64,000 nucleotides of DNA from Bacteroidota bacterium (GCA_021824625.1 JAKAKE010000181.1:5209-69208), one strand, 5' to 3'. Positions 48,302 through 58,791 are shown, numbered from the stretch's first letter. Numbers and translations: made by a program. Notes: a model not told the origin generated them from the letters alone.

Positions 48302-50239
48302 ATGCCGTTTCATCCTGAAAAATTGTTGTCGTCAAAACGAACAAAATTGTTCAGGATAATTTTAATTATCATACAAATTATTTCTTTTTATTATTTGGAT
48401 GCGCAAGACTCCACGATTAAAAGTGAATTACCGCCTATTAAAAATTTAATAACGGTTTCAACAGTAAAACTAACAAATACACTTCTTTTTAATGGGGATG
48501 CATTACTTGATTTCGATATATTCGGCGGAAATTTAAAAATTGTTCAACGATATAAAGGTACTACTATAAAATATTACAGAGACACTACAAAAATAGATTC
48601 TACAATAAAAGATACTGTAAAATATGACACAACCTACCCAAGAATAAATTACTTGAATATAACTGATATTGAAATTTTTAAAATGAATTATTCACATCCA
48701 ATTGATGATTTTCTTAGTATAGTAGCAGAAAACAATTGGATTTATGGTTCATATAATAATCTGAGCAGGTTGAATGGTACAGCCGGTTTACGATTTAATA
48801 CATCTGCAAAATCCTTTTTGGAATTCAAAGGGGGTTTGGAGAAGAACAACCAAATAGGAGTTAATTATTTAGGTCCGATTATTAATCTTGAAGGCAGGTT
48901 ATTTGATTTATTGTTAGAAGATTATCACATCAATTCATCATTTAATTCTGAATATATAAAACTAAAGAATAATAGAAAAAATGCAGACATTGATTTTGGT
49001 TTATTCATTGATAAAAAATTTGACGAGTATGACAGGATTCATTTTAATGTAAATTATTTAATGATGTTCAGAGACCAATTATCCTTTCTTAGATTGGAAT
49101 CAATTACATCTACCCCTATTGAATCATGGTTTGACAGTAAGATTGCATCAAATCTTAATTTTAATTTTGGGTTGTTTGAGAATTTTTTTGGTAATATAGA
49201 TTTTTCAGTCCAAAACAATTGGAAAAACAGGTACTTTCAGGATTATATCCCAAATTATAACATTACAGGTATTAATAAAAAACGAGAAACTTTTGGAATA
49301 TCTTTTTTGGGTGAAATTAAATACCAGACATCAAAATTTAAACAAATCATTGGGTTATTATTCAGTTCCGGAAATGATGAGAATAAGATTAGTAAAAATT
49401 ACAATATCAACGATGTTGGATTTAATTATCTTAAAGAAATCGAAAAATTGTTTGATTACAGCGAAAATACAACTCGATTATATTTATTAACTGAATGGGA
49501 ACCAACGTTTAAGGATAAAATAAATATTGAAACTTCTGTATCTCTTAATCAGAGGGATACACCAAGTGAACAGGATAATACCGATGGGGATTTGTTTTCT
49601 TCTTTGATTAACTTTAATTATTTACATAAGTTTAATAATTCATTGTTCCTTAACCTATTTGCTGACATGGATTTTTATCATCAGGTATATATTAAATCTA
49701 AAATGAGTAATGATAATAAATGGAGAAAATATATAAGTCTTAAATCCAAAATATCCTGGTTTACTTCTTATTTCACAATGAATCCGGAACTGGAAATTTT
49801 TGCCAATTATGAGGATTATGATTTTGTTGATAGTTTATCAATATCGAATAACAGAAGTTCAAGGCAATTAAGTTACAGGGATTCTATAACAATTTTTCTT
49901 GGAAAAGTATTAAGTTTGCAATCATACATTAATATCAGGTATAATGAAAAAGGAATAATATTTTGGGAAAATTTTTCTGTTTTACCTACAAGTATTGATT
50001 TTGAGAAATTCTTTAAAATCATGCTGTCAGGTAAATTTAGCGACAATTACTTTGCCGCTGTTGGGCTTAGATATTATAGTTTTGCATTACTTTCGATTGC
50101 ACCTGAGATTGATATAAAATTATTTTTATTAGGTCAATCTTATATTTCTTTACAAGGTTGGTATGATTTTCAAAATATTAGTAAACCGGACTTTAGACAA
50201 ATTGCGAATTTCTTTTTGACGACAAAAATTGTATTATGA
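48302..50239 (+). CDS. secreted hypothetical protein, beta-rich (possible outer-membrane beta-barrel)
   Basis: Signal peptide (KLFRIILIIIQIISFYYLDA|QD); 645 aa rich in alternating aromatic/polar residues (Y/F/N/S); ~27% GC; 3-nt gap from FlbD-like gene and 4-nt overlap with next gene. Confidence 0.35.
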   Translation: MPFHPEKLLSSKRTKLFRIILIIIQIISFYYLDAQDSTIKSELPPIKNLITVSTVKLTNTLLFNGDALLDFDIFGGNLKIVQRYKGTTIKYYRDTTKIDSTIKDTVKYDTTYPRINYLNITDIEIFKMNYSHPIDDFLSIVAENNWIYGSYNNLSRLNGTAGLRFNTSAKSFLEFKGGLEKNNQIGVNYLGPIINLEGRLFDLLLEDYHINSSFNSEYIKLKNNRKNADIDFGLFIDKKFDEYDRIHFNVNYLMMFRDQLSFLRLESITSTPIESWFDSKIASNLNFNFGLFENFFGNIDFSVQNNWKNRYFQDYIPNYNITGINKKRETFGISFLGEIKYQTSKFKQIIGLLFSSGNDENKISKNYNINDVGFNYLKEIEKLFDYSENTTRLYLLTEWEPTFKDKINIETSVSLNQRDTPSEQDNTDGDLFSSLINFNYLHKFNNSLFLNLFADMDFYHQVYIKSKMSNDNKWRKYISLKSKISWFTSYFTMNPELEIFANYEDYDFVDSLSISNNRSSRQLSYRDSITIFLGKVLSLQSYINIRYNEKGIIFWENFSVLPTSIDFEKFFKIMLSGKFSDNYFAAVGLRYYSFALLSIAPEIDIKLFLLGQSYISLQGWYDFQNISKPDFRQIANFFLTTKIVL

Positions 50240-50667
50240 ATGATAAATCGAATAGCAGCGATATTTCTTTTACACAAGAATTGACAAGCGAAAGAAAATC
50301 CCTTAAGCTCGTAGAACCTATGCTGAAGGAGATAAAACAAAAATTTTGTATAAGTAATGAACTGTATTGTAATCTTGTAATCACCGTTACAGAAGCCATC
50401 AATAATGCAATTATACATGGCAATAAATTTGACATCAACAAGCATGTATATGTTAAAGTTGATTGTAACAATAAGGCTTTGACAGTGTCAGTTAAAGACC
50501 AGGGTAATGGTTTTGATTTGGATAATTTGGAAAATCCCTTGTCGCCTGAAAATTTACTTAAGGAAAGCGGAAGAGGTATATTTATCATTAAAAAAATTGC
50601 CGATGATGTTAAATTTAATTTTTCTGATGGCACAGAAATAATACTTAATTTCAATTTGAATAATTAA
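50236..50667 (+). CDS. RsbW/SpoIIAB-like anti-sigma regulatory factor (HATPase_c_2 serine protein kinase)
   Basis: 143 aa; N-box-like VTEAINNAIIHGN, G-boxes DQGNGFD and ESGRGIFIIKKIAD, matching small GHKL serine kinases of partner-switching modules. Confidence 0.7.
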   Translation: MNDKSNSSDISFTQELTSERKSLKLVEPMLKEIKQKFCISNELYCNLVITVTEAINNAIIHGNKFDINKHVYVKVDCNNKALTVSVKDQGNGFDLDNLENPLSPENLLKESGRGIFIIKKIADDVKFNFSDGTEIILNFNLNN

Positions 50668-50810
50668 TCAGTATTTTTTTTATTTTATTGTTTGTTACTT
50701 TTATCGCTAATGATTTAACTTTATCTTTGCGGTATTGGGACTGAAATTTACAGTAACCACTTTTTAAAAATAAATGTTAAATTCATAATTCATAATTCGT
50801 AATTAATTTT

Positions 50811-53036
50811 ATGTCGCCTAATCGTTTTATCGAACAGGAAAAAATCAGAAAAAGTTTTTTTCTTCCGCTTGGAATACCTGAATCAAAGCGTATCTTTTTC
50901 GTTAATGGAATTTTTGGTGTTGGTAAAAGCCGGTTTGTCAGAAATTTCATTAATGAAGTTCTTGAAAAGAAAGTCATTGATGCACTTTGTTTTTTTGACG
51001 GCGATTATCGTATAACTAATTTATATGAGCTTGTCAATACACTTGCCATTAATTTCAAATCTTCCGATGAAATAAACCAACCTTATTTGTTTTCCGAATG
51101 TGATTATAATAAAACCAGATATATTGAACTACTAACATTACTAAAGGAGAAAGATGAGTCATTGTCTGAAGTTATTAAATCAAAAGCATCTTTGTTATCG
51201 GAAACAGATTATCTAATCAATGATTTAAAATCTTCTAATCTTATAATTGATGAACAACTACTCGAGAAATATCTCGACAAAAAAGGCGACAGGCGCCTTC
51301 TGACAGATGTTACCAGAGTATCTGCCGAAGCATTCATAGTTGACCTGATGAATAAATATTTTCCTTATGAAAATGTCGGGGATGACTTCGAAAGATTCTA
51401 TTCTGATGCCGAGCCAAAAAAAATATTAATTGCTTATGATAATATTGAAAATCTTGACTACACGCTGAACAAGTGGCTCACAGGCACTATGCTCGACTAT
51501 TGCTGCGACAAGAAATTTTCCGATTTCGTTTCTTATAATATTTCATATATCAGGGAAGACACTAAAATATCCAAATACCTCGATTTCAGATTTATTATTT
51601 CATCCAGAGAAGAATATTTCAACAAAAAAGAATTTGGCTATAATTGGGGCAAGTATGAATTATACATTGGTTCGCTTGAGCTGGAGCCGTTATTCGAACA
51701 TGATTTGCAGGACTTCTTTGATGACTTGAAAGTTGCAATTACTCAGCCTTACAGTGAAATAATTAAATTGACAAAAAGTTTACCCTTACTTTTAATGACA
51801 TACCTCGAATATATTGACAGCTCAGGTGAGGTACAAATCCAACTACCGGTTATTGAATCTGCAGTGTCATCTATTATGAAGGGACTAACTCAGCAGCAAA
51901 GGGATTGGCTCATCTGTGCATCTTTTCTCGATGATTTTGATGAAAAGGGATTGAGATGTTTCAATGAAATCGGCTCTGATTATAAACTTGCTTATTCTTT
52001 TTTGATAAATAAAAATTCAATAACTGATAGCCATGATAATACAAGCAAAATAAATATTAAACCCCTGATAAAAGGATTTATCCTGGATTACACGAAAACT
52101 GTTCAACCTGATTATTATGAATACTATAAAGATAGAGGTGGTGTTTACGAAAAGACAAAAGATGTTCTTGATAAAGTTAGTACCGATGATTTGAATGTTA
52201 TTAGAAGTTTCGCATATTTTAAATCTTTTGATACTGAGTCTGCTCTCGAAGATACTTTTCAATCGGATATACATCTCGCTAAAGAATTTTTATTAAATAA
52301 TCCTGACTATTTTATCAGGAACAAAACCACATTCACACTAAAGTCGAATTTTACTCAAAAGCTCGACGAGTACAACGTAGTGGTGGATGGAAATAAATAT
52401 GAATTGAAGAAACAATTGATTAGAGATTCATGGATACGACTTTCTGAAAATTTAAGTAAAAAACAATCGGAATTTAGCGCTGAGCTTGAGAATATGAAAA
52501 CCGAATCTGCCGAATTGGAGAAAGTAGTAAAAACCCTGCGCCAGGAATACGATAAAGACCAGGCAGATTTCTTTGAAACAGAAAACTCGCTGATTGAATT
52601 GAGACGTGAAACTTTAATTTTTGCAAAAAAAAATAATATTTCTGCAGGGATTATTTGTCTGATAATTACAGTAGTATTAGGATTAGCAACTAATTTCTTC
52701 CCCGAAATATTTAAAGACCTCGACAGCGGGAACAAAGAATTGTATAACATTCTATATATATCTTCATATAGCTTTTCTATATTATTTGGTATTCTGACAA
52801 TCGTATATTTTATAAAAGAAATAAATATTTTGACAAGAAAAGAAGAATACCAAGAATTGAAAGAAGAAATATCATTAGCAGAGGAAGAGAACAATCAGCG
52901 TCAGACAAGGATGAGAGCCAATAAAGAAATTAGGTCGGATTCCGAAACAAAACTTTCTGAAATGATTGTAAGAAAAAAACTCCTCGAAAGTGAAATTGAA
53001 ACCATAATAATGAAACTCGAAGAACCGTTTATATAA
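50811..53036 (+). CDS. large P-loop NTPase with C-terminal coiled-coil / two-TM hairpin (uncharacterised)
   Basis: Walker A FVNGIFGVGKSRFV near N-terminus (KAP/STAND-like GxxGxGKS), candidate Walker B KILIAYDNIEN; ~300-aa helical middle region; C-terminal coiled coil interrupted by two hydrophobic helices (ISAGIICLIITVVLGLATNFF; ILYISSYSFSILFGILTIVYFI); ~30% GC. Confidence 0.5.
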   Translation: MSPNRFIEQEKIRKSFFLPLGIPESKRIFFVNGIFGVGKSRFVRNFINEVLEKKVIDALCFFDGDYRITNLYELVNTLAINFKSSDEINQPYLFSECDYNKTRYIELLTLLKEKDESLSEVIKSKASLLSETDYLINDLKSSNLIIDEQLLEKYLDKKGDRRLLTDVTRVSAEAFIVDLMNKYFPYENVGDDFERFYSDAEPKKILIAYDNIENLDYTLNKWLTGTMLDYCCDKKFSDFVSYNISYIREDTKISKYLDFRFIISSREEYFNKKEFGYNWGKYELYIGSLELEPLFEHDLQDFFDDLKVAITQPYSEIIKLTKSLPLLLMTYLEYIDSSGEVQIQLPVIESAVSSIMKGLTQQQRDWLICASFLDDFDEKGLRCFNEIGSDYKLAYSFLINKNSITDSHDNTSKINIKPLIKGFILDYTKTVQPDYYEYYKDRGGVYEKTKDVLDKVSTDDLNVIRSFAYFKSFDTESALEDTFQSDIHLAKEFLLNNPDYFIRNKTTFTLKSNFTQKLDEYNVVVDGNKYELKKQLIRDSWIRLSENLSKKQSEFSAELENMKTESAELEKVVKTLRQEYDKDQADFFETENSLIELRRETLIFAKKNNISAGIICLIITVVLGLATNFFPEIFKDLDSGNKELYNILYISSYSFSILFGILTIVYFIKEINILTRKEEYQELKEEISLAEEENNQRQTRMRANKEIRSDSETKLSEMIVRKKLLESEIETIIMKLEEPFI

Positions 53037-53684
53037 TTATGGATACAACCTCGTTATTATCCATTTACCATTTTCATTTTTATTATATTGAATCCTGTCA
53101 TGCAGACGGCTTTCCCTTCCCTGCCAGAATTCAAACACGTCAGGAATGAGCCTGTAACCGCCCCAGTTGGGCGGCAGTGGTACATTCACAGGGTACTTTG
53201 CCATGTATTTTGCAACCTTTCTAATTAATTTGAACCTGCTCGATAGCGGTGAACTCTGTTCAGATGCATAAGTACCCAACTTGCTTGTGTAAGGCCTGGT
53301 CTGAAAGTATTTGTCGGAATCTTCTTTCGATATTTTTTCTAACCTGCCTTCGATTCTAACCTGTCTTTCCAATTTATCCCAAAAGAAAAGAATTGCAGCA
53401 TAAGGGTTCTTTTCGATTTCCTTTCCTTTTCTGCTGTCATAATTTGTATAGAATATAAAACCATTTTCATCAAATTGTTTCAGTAATAAAACTCGGGAAG
53501 AAGGTTTGCCGTCCTTTGTAGAAGTAGATAGGACAAAGGCAGTTGGCTCGAGCATATCTGCTGAAAGCATATCTTCGAACCACGATTTGAATTGTTCAAA
53601 AGGATTTTCATTAGCAGTTTTTTCGCTGAAACTGCCTTTCGTGTAGTCCCTTCGTAAATCTGCAAGGCTGTTAAATATATCCAT
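53037..53684 (-). CDS. pdxH: pyridoxamine 5'-phosphate oxidase
   Basis: FMN-binding split-barrel motifs, C-terminal ...FWQGRESRLHDRIQY...W.I.RLYP signature of PdxH; 215 aa. Confidence 0.88.
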   Translation of the reverse strand: MDIFNSLADLRRDYTKGSFSEKTANENPFEQFKSWFEDMLSADMLEPTAFVLSTSTKDGKPSSRVLLLKQFDENGFIFYTNYDSRKGKEIEKNPYAAILFFWDKLERQVRIEGRLEKISKEDSDKYFQTRPYTSKLGTYASEQSSPLSSRFKLIRKVAKYMAKYPVNVPLPPNWGGYRLIPDVFEFWQGRESRLHDRIQYNKNENGKWIITRLYP

Positions 53685-53710
53685 ACTTGTTTAAAATAAT
53701 AACTCATTTT

Positions 53711-53734
53711 AACCCCAGACTTAAGTCTGGGGTT
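53711..53734. terminator. perfect palindrome aaccccagactt/aagtctggggtt (hairpin without U-tract) between two minus-strand genes
   Basis: 12-bp perfect inverted repeat located between the stop of the CAP-domain gene and the start of pdxH; no adjacent T-run so may be a terminator or an RNA stability element. Confidence 0.35.
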
Positions 53735-53747
53735 ATTATAAGTGAAA

Positions 53748-55583
53748 TTATCTTACTAAGGTCATCTTACTTGTTTCAATTCCTTCCGAACTAAACATTT
53801 TATAATAATATGTTCCCGTAGATACTGTGTTCCCGTCAAATTCAACCATGTAATTACCCGAATCTAATCTGGAATTAACAAGTGTGCTGATTTCAGTACC
53901 AAGTGAATTATACACTTTCAGGACAACCATTCCTGAGTTTTGTACATTGAAAACAATATTTGTTTTTCCTGTGAATGGATTCGGATAGTTAGTTAACTTG
54001 GTTGAATAAGAACCCGGAAGAATTTCTATGACCGAAGTAATACTGTCAAGAGTCCTGAATCTTCTCTTACCTGACCATACACTTTCACCAATCACGTTTA
54101 CAGCTTTGACTCGCCAGAAATAATTCCTGTCATGATATAATTTTCCTGCCGGGACAGTATAAGATGTGTCGGTTATCCCGCTTACGTCAATAATGGTTGG
54201 TGTAAAATTATTTTCGATAGCCACTTGTACCTTATAAGAATCTGCATATAAAGATTTATTCCAGATTAATATCGGGGTTAATGATAAACTATCCTGGGCT
54301 ATTTCAGGGAATAACTGGTTAGGTGAATCAGGTTCTACACCTCCTGTTGTAAAACTCCATACAGGTGACCAGCCGCTTTCTCCGCCTTCGTTACTTGCAG
54401 AAACCTTCCAGTAATATTTTGTGTTTGGTTCAAGTCCTGCAAGACTGTAGTGATAGTCTGTTACTGCATTATCATCAACGGAAGGTGATGTAAAATTTGA
54501 GTTTTTTGATACAATAACTCTGTATGTATAAGCCCTTTGTGCGGGATTCCACTGCAATTGAGGGCTTGTGCTTACATCAGTTGCCGCATCAGGAGGCATA
54601 AATAGTACCGGATTATCAGGTGCAGCCATTCCTTTGTTATTCAAATTAAACCAATATGTATAATTTTTTAATGTTCCATTTACATTAACATTTTTTATAG
54701 TTACAGTATAGGTTTTACGGTCTTGTAATCCAGATGCCTTCCAGGAGAGACAGTTCATAACTCCTCCCCAACCCTGATCATCATCAAGTGTCTTTGTATT
54801 TATCTGAACAATTTGCTGATTATCATCTTTCATCTCTATTGTTGCATTTGCATAATTGACATTAACATTATTTCCCCAATTAACTTTATCATAGAATACA
54901 GAAAAAGATAGAAACCAGCTTCTATCAAATAATTCGATAGGATAATCCTGATAAGGAACAGCAACAAAATCATTTGTCCAGTCAGACATGTCTTGTTCTA
55001 GGTATCCTCCCCATTTAAAACTCATTGCCGTATAGTAGGTATATTGTGATGGAACTTTAGGTTGTCCATCACATCTTCCAAACGAAAATGCTTTCAAAAA
55101 TGGATTAATTATAGCTCTTCTATGGCCCAATGAAACGACATTATTATCAATCATCCAGTCATAAATACTTTCAAGTGTTTGAGGAATATAATTCAAAGTT
55201 GAGTACATATTTCCATGTAGATTACTGGATGCAGCTCCAGCAGCACCAACGGGTGTATAGCATTGCCAAGATGAATTAGGCTGATGGTCGAGTTTTGCAT
55301 TTGCAACCATCATTAAAGAAGCCGCCTGTGATTCTGCATCCCCGTTATAATCATAAGTAACTTGTTTTAGGCCATGAATGCTTCTGATTTGATTTACGTA
55401 GTCCAATACTGCCTTCTTTTCTGAAGCTTTTAACACTCCTGGAAAACATGAAGCTGTATTAGGAGGACTGTCGTAATATATATTCCAATCCTGTGAATAC
55501 ATCATGTTTGCATGAAAATTTGCAGTTACAATGATAGTAATAATAAAAATTGTTTTAACAAAAAAGTAGAAATTTTTCTTCAT
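53748..55583 (-). CDS. secreted CAP/SCP/PR-1-domain protein with Fn3-like repeats and T9SS C-terminal sorting domain
   Basis: Signal peptide; CAP core (...MDNNVVSLGHRRAIINPFLKAFSFG); repeated ~90-aa Ig/Fn3-like modules (WNPAQRAYTYRV...YYWKV); C-terminal T9SS CTD (YPNPFTGKTNIVFNV...VLKVYNSLG). Confidence 0.7.
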   Translation of the reverse strand: MKKNFYFFVKTIFIITIIVTANFHANMMYSQDWNIYYDSPPNTASCFPGVLKASEKKAVLDYVNQIRSIHGLKQVTYDYNGDAESQAASLMMVANAKLDHQPNSSWQCYTPVGAAGAASSNLHGNMYSTLNYIPQTLESIYDWMIDNNVVSLGHRRAIINPFLKAFSFGRCDGQPKVPSQYTYYTAMSFKWGGYLEQDMSDWTNDFVAVPYQDYPIELFDRSWFLSFSVFYDKVNWGNNVNVNYANATIEMKDDNQQIVQINTKTLDDDQGWGGVMNCLSWKASGLQDRKTYTVTIKNVNVNGTLKNYTYWFNLNNKGMAAPDNPVLFMPPDAATDVSTSPQLQWNPAQRAYTYRVIVSKNSNFTSPSVDDNAVTDYHYSLAGLEPNTKYYWKVSASNEGGESGWSPVWSFTTGGVEPDSPNQLFPEIAQDSLSLTPILIWNKSLYADSYKVQVAIENNFTPTIIDVSGITDTSYTVPAGKLYHDRNYFWRVKAVNVIGESVWSGKRRFRTLDSITSVIEILPGSYSTKLTNYPNPFTGKTNIVFNVQNSGMVVLKVYNSLGTEISTLVNSRLDSGNYMVEFDGNTVSTGTYYYKMFSSEGIETSKMTLVR

Positions 55584-55823
55584 TTTAACACCAAAATATA
55601 TTCAATAAAATTTATTTCTATATTCTTAAATGATAGAGTAAAACACTCATCATTTATTGTTTGCAATTTAAAAAAAAGTTTGGGATTATAAGGAAAAATT
55701 TAGAATGATAAAGGATAAATAAAAAATGAAAAGCCACTATTTTCAAATAGTGGAGTTAATAGTAGCTTCGTTTGTTGGGATTTATCCCTTTTGCATGATA
55801 GGGGACAAAAGTCGAATTTATTA

Positions 55824-55858
55824 GGAAAAATAGTCCCTATTTAACAAAATAGGGGCTA
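55824..55858 (-). terminator. probable terminator of gcvH (minus strand)
   Basis: Hairpin gtccctattt-aacaaa-ataggggc; on the minus strand it is followed by tattttt. Confidence 0.45.
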
Positions 55859-55877
55859 TTCATTCTTAAAAACTATT

Positions 55878-56270
55878 TTAATGTCCTGTTAAATCCTTGT
55901 AAGCTTTAACATCCAGAAGGCCATCAAGCTCAGAAGGATTTGCTAACTCAATCTCAATGATCCATCCTTCACCGTAAGGATCGCTGTTAACCACTTCAGG
56001 GTGGTCGTTAAGGCTTCTGTTAACATCAATAATTTTGCCGCTAACCGGGGCAAGCATATCGGCAACAGTTTTCACAGCTTCGATAGTGCCGAATGATTCA
56101 CCGGCTTTGACATAAGCAATATCTTCGGCTATGTCAATGTAAACGACATCGCCGAGTTCGCCTTGTGCATGGTCTGTTATTCCGACCGTGCCTTTTTTAC
56201 CTTCAACTTTGAGCCATTCATGGTCTTTAGTGTACTTTAGATTTTCGGGAAAATTCATAAAAAACTCCAA
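55878..56270 (-). CDS. gcvH: glycine cleavage system H protein
   Basis: Lipoyl-lysine motif GESFGTIEAVKTVADMLAPVSG, C-terminal PYGEGW, 130 aa. Confidence 0.9.
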   Translation of the reverse strand: MEFFMNFPENLKYTKDHEWLKVEGKKGTVGITDHAQGELGDVVYIDIAEDIAYVKAGESFGTIEAVKTVADMLAPVSGKIIDVNRSLNDHPEVVNSDPYGEGWIIEIELANPSELDGLLDVKAYKDLTGH

Positions 56271-56277
56271 TATTATT

Positions 56278-57621
56278 CTACAATGTTTTCCAATCTATTC
56301 TTTCAAGATATTTTGTATCAATGTTTCCTGCAATGAAATCAGGATTCTGCATCATTTTCAGATGAAAAGGTATTGTTGTCTTGATACCTTCAATTACAAA
56401 TTCCTCAAGGGCAAGCTGCATTTTTGCTATGGCTCCGTCCCTCGTTGGTGCGAATGTAATAAGTTTTGCGACAAGTGAATCATAATAGGGAGGTATTGTA
56501 TAACCGGTGTAAATATGAGAATCCACCCGTACACCGTGTCCTCCCGGGAAGTGCAGGCTCTCGATTGTTCCGGGATTAGGCCTGAAATCATTATACGGGT
56601 CTTCGGCATTAATCCTGCACTCGATGGCGTGCATCTTTGGTTCATGAGCTTCAATTGTTAATTTTTCACCTGAGGCTATTTTTATTTGTTCTTTAATTAA
56701 ATCAATATCTAAAGATTCTTCTGTTACAGGATGCTCGACTTGTATTCTCGTGTTCATTTCCATAAAATAGAAATTCCTGTCATTATCAACGAGGAACTCT
56801 ATTGTACCAGGGCCATAATAATCAACAGCCAAAGCACCCCTGACAGCGGCTGTGCCCATGGCTCTTCTCAGTTCGGTTGTCATAATTGGTGATGGTGCTT
56901 CTTCTATTAGTTTCTGGTGCCTTCTCTGAATCGAACACTCTCTTTCGTTCAAATGAATAATATTTCCATGCTTATCTCCGAGAATCTGTATTTCTATATG
57001 TCTGGAGCCTGTAACAAGTTTTTCGATATATAAATCGGGATTATTGAAAGCAGACTCAGCTTCGTATCTTGTCATGCTGAACGCTTTTTCCAACTCTGTA
57101 TCGTCGTTGACAAGCCTCATTCCTTTACCGCCACCTCCGGCTACTGCCTTAAGCAATATCGGATAACTGATTTCTTTTGCTATTTTTTTTGCTTCCTTTT
57201 CAGAATTTACAACACCATCGCTTCCCGGAACAACAGGCACTCCGGCGTTACGCATGGTTTCCTTTGCTACAGATTTGTTTCCCATTCTTCTTATAGAATC
57301 TGCGGAAGGGCCTATGAAAGTAATTCCGCAGGCATTGCATATATCCACAAAAGAATCATTTTCTGCCAAAAATCCGTATCCCGGGTGAATAGCATCGGCA
57401 TTGGTTATTTGTGCTGCTGCAATGATTGAAGGGATGTTCAGATAGCTTTCTTTTCCAGCAGGTGGCCCAACGCAAACGACTTCATCTGCAAACCTGACAT
57501 GCAAAGAAGTTTTGTCGGCTGTTGAATATATAGCAACAGTAGGAATTTTCAGTTCTTTGCAGGCTCTGATTATTCTAAGTGCTATTTCTCCTCTGTTTGC
57601 AATCAGGATTTTTTTTATCAT
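56278..57621 (-). CDS. accC: acetyl-CoA carboxylase biotin carboxylase subunit
   Basis: [23 protein letters not shown]-grasp motifs ([12 protein letters not shown]; [14 protein letters not shown]), 447 aa. Confidence 0.93.
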   Translation of the reverse strand: MIKKILIANRGEIALRIIRACKELKIPTVAIYSTADKTSLHVRFADEVVCVGPPAGKESYLNIPSIIAAAQITNADAIHPGYGFLAENDSFVDICNACGITFIGPSADSIRRMGNKSVAKETMRNAGVPVVPGSDGVVNSEKEAKKIAKEISYPILLKAVAGGGGKGMRLVNDDTELEKAFSMTRYEAESAFNNPDLYIEKLVTGSRHIEIQILGDKHGNIIHLNERECSIQRRHQKLIEEAPSPIMTTELRRAMGTAAVRGALAVDYYGPGTIEFLVDNDRNFYFMEMNTRIQVEHPVTEESLDIDLIKEQIKIASGEKLTIEAHEPKMHAIECRINAEDPYNDFRPNPGTIESLHFPGGHGVRVDSHIYTGYTIPPYYDSLVAKLITFAPTRDGAIAKMQLALEEFVIEGIKTTIPFHLKMMQNPDFIAGNIDTKYLERIDWKTL

Positions 57622-57648
57622 ATCGAAAAGCTCAATTTCAATTTAATA

Positions 57649-58173
57649 TTAATCTGGTTTTATTATAAACAAAGGCTGATTGAATTCCACAGCTTGTGCA
57701 TTTTCCAAAAGAATTTTTACAATTGTACCTGATGTGTCACATTCAATTTCGTTCATCAGTTTCATTGCTTCTATTATGCACAGTGTAGTACCTGCTGTAA
57801 CATGAGAGCCAATCTCGACATAAGGGTCTAAGTCAGGTGAGGGAGACCTGTAAAAAGTTCCGACAATTGGTGAATAAACCGTATGAAGTAAGATTTTGCT
57901 ATCTTCATCAGTGGTCTCTTGTTCTTTGGATATTGATTTTGAATCTTTTCCTTTTTCAATATTTGGGGAATTTGATTGTTTAGACGCATTATCATGCGAC
58001 TCCGCTATATTATTAGACGGGATGAAGTTCTGTGCCGGAAGTATTATTGGCTGGTTCTTATTTTCCCTGTTTTTCGCCAGCTTGATTTTAATACCTTCTT
58101 CTTCAATCGCAATCTCTGCCATATTACTGTCATTAAAAATTTTGATGACTTTTTTGAGGTAGTTTAAATCCAT
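57649..58173 (-). CDS. accB: acetyl-CoA carboxylase biotin carboxyl carrier protein
   Basis: Biotinyl-lysine motif [12 protein letters not shown] in C-terminal lipoyl-like domain; Pro/Ser-rich linker; upstream of accC. Confidence 0.9.
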   Translation of the reverse strand: MDLNYLKKVIKIFNDSNMAEIAIEEEGIKIKLAKNRENKNQPIILPAQNFIPSNNIAESHDNASKQSNSPNIEKGKDSKSISKEQETTDEDSKILLHTVYSPIVGTFYRSPSPDLDPYVEIGSHVTAGTTLCIIEAMKLMNEIECDTSGTIVKILLENAQAVEFNQPLFIIKPD

Positions 58174-58227
58174 AATTCCTCATAATATTAGTGAATGAAG
58201 AGCAAAAAGCTTTTTCAAATTTAATTA

Positions 58228-58791
58228 TTATTCCTTAACACGTTCTATGTATGCACCGGTTTTAGAATCAACTCTTATCATATCGCCTTCGTTGATAAAC
58301 AAGGGAACATTTACTGTCGCACCCGTTTCAAGAGTTGCAGTCTTAAGTACATTTGTAGCCGTATCACCTTTGACACCAGGTTCAGTATGAGCTATGACTA
58401 AGTTAACATGCGGGGGCAAATCAACTGCAATCACAATATTATCATAAAAGGCAAGCTGTGCTTCCTGGTTTTCTTTTAAAAAATTGATTGAAACACCTAA
58501 CTTTTCCGGCTCGACGGGAATTTGTTCGAAAGTGTCATTATCCATAAAATGCAAATTTATTCCGTCATTATAGAGGTATTGATAATTTTTTCTTTCGACG
58601 CGTGCAAATTCTATTGATTCACCTGAACGGAAGCGGTTTTCAGAGAGTTTTCCTGATTTCATATTTCTCATTTTGACCTGGTAAAATGCCCTCAGGTTGC
58701 CGGGTGTTCTGTGTTCCGATTCCAAAACTGTGTGTAAATCCCCGTTATATATTATGACCACTCCCGGCCTTAAATCTGCTGTTGTACCCAT
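58228..58791 (-). CDS. efp: translation elongation factor P
   Basis: N-terminal KPGKG-like region (MRNMKSGKLSENRF), three OB-domain layout, 187 aa. Confidence 0.9.
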   Translation of the reverse strand: MGTTADLRPGVVIIYNGDLHTVLESEHRTPGNLRAFYQVKMRNMKSGKLSENRFRSGESIEFARVERKNYQYLYNDGINLHFMDNDTFEQIPVEPEKLGVSINFLKENQEAQLAFYDNIVIAVDLPPHVNLVIAHTEPGVKGDTATNVLKTATLETGATVNVPLFINEGDMIRVDSKTGAYIERVKE

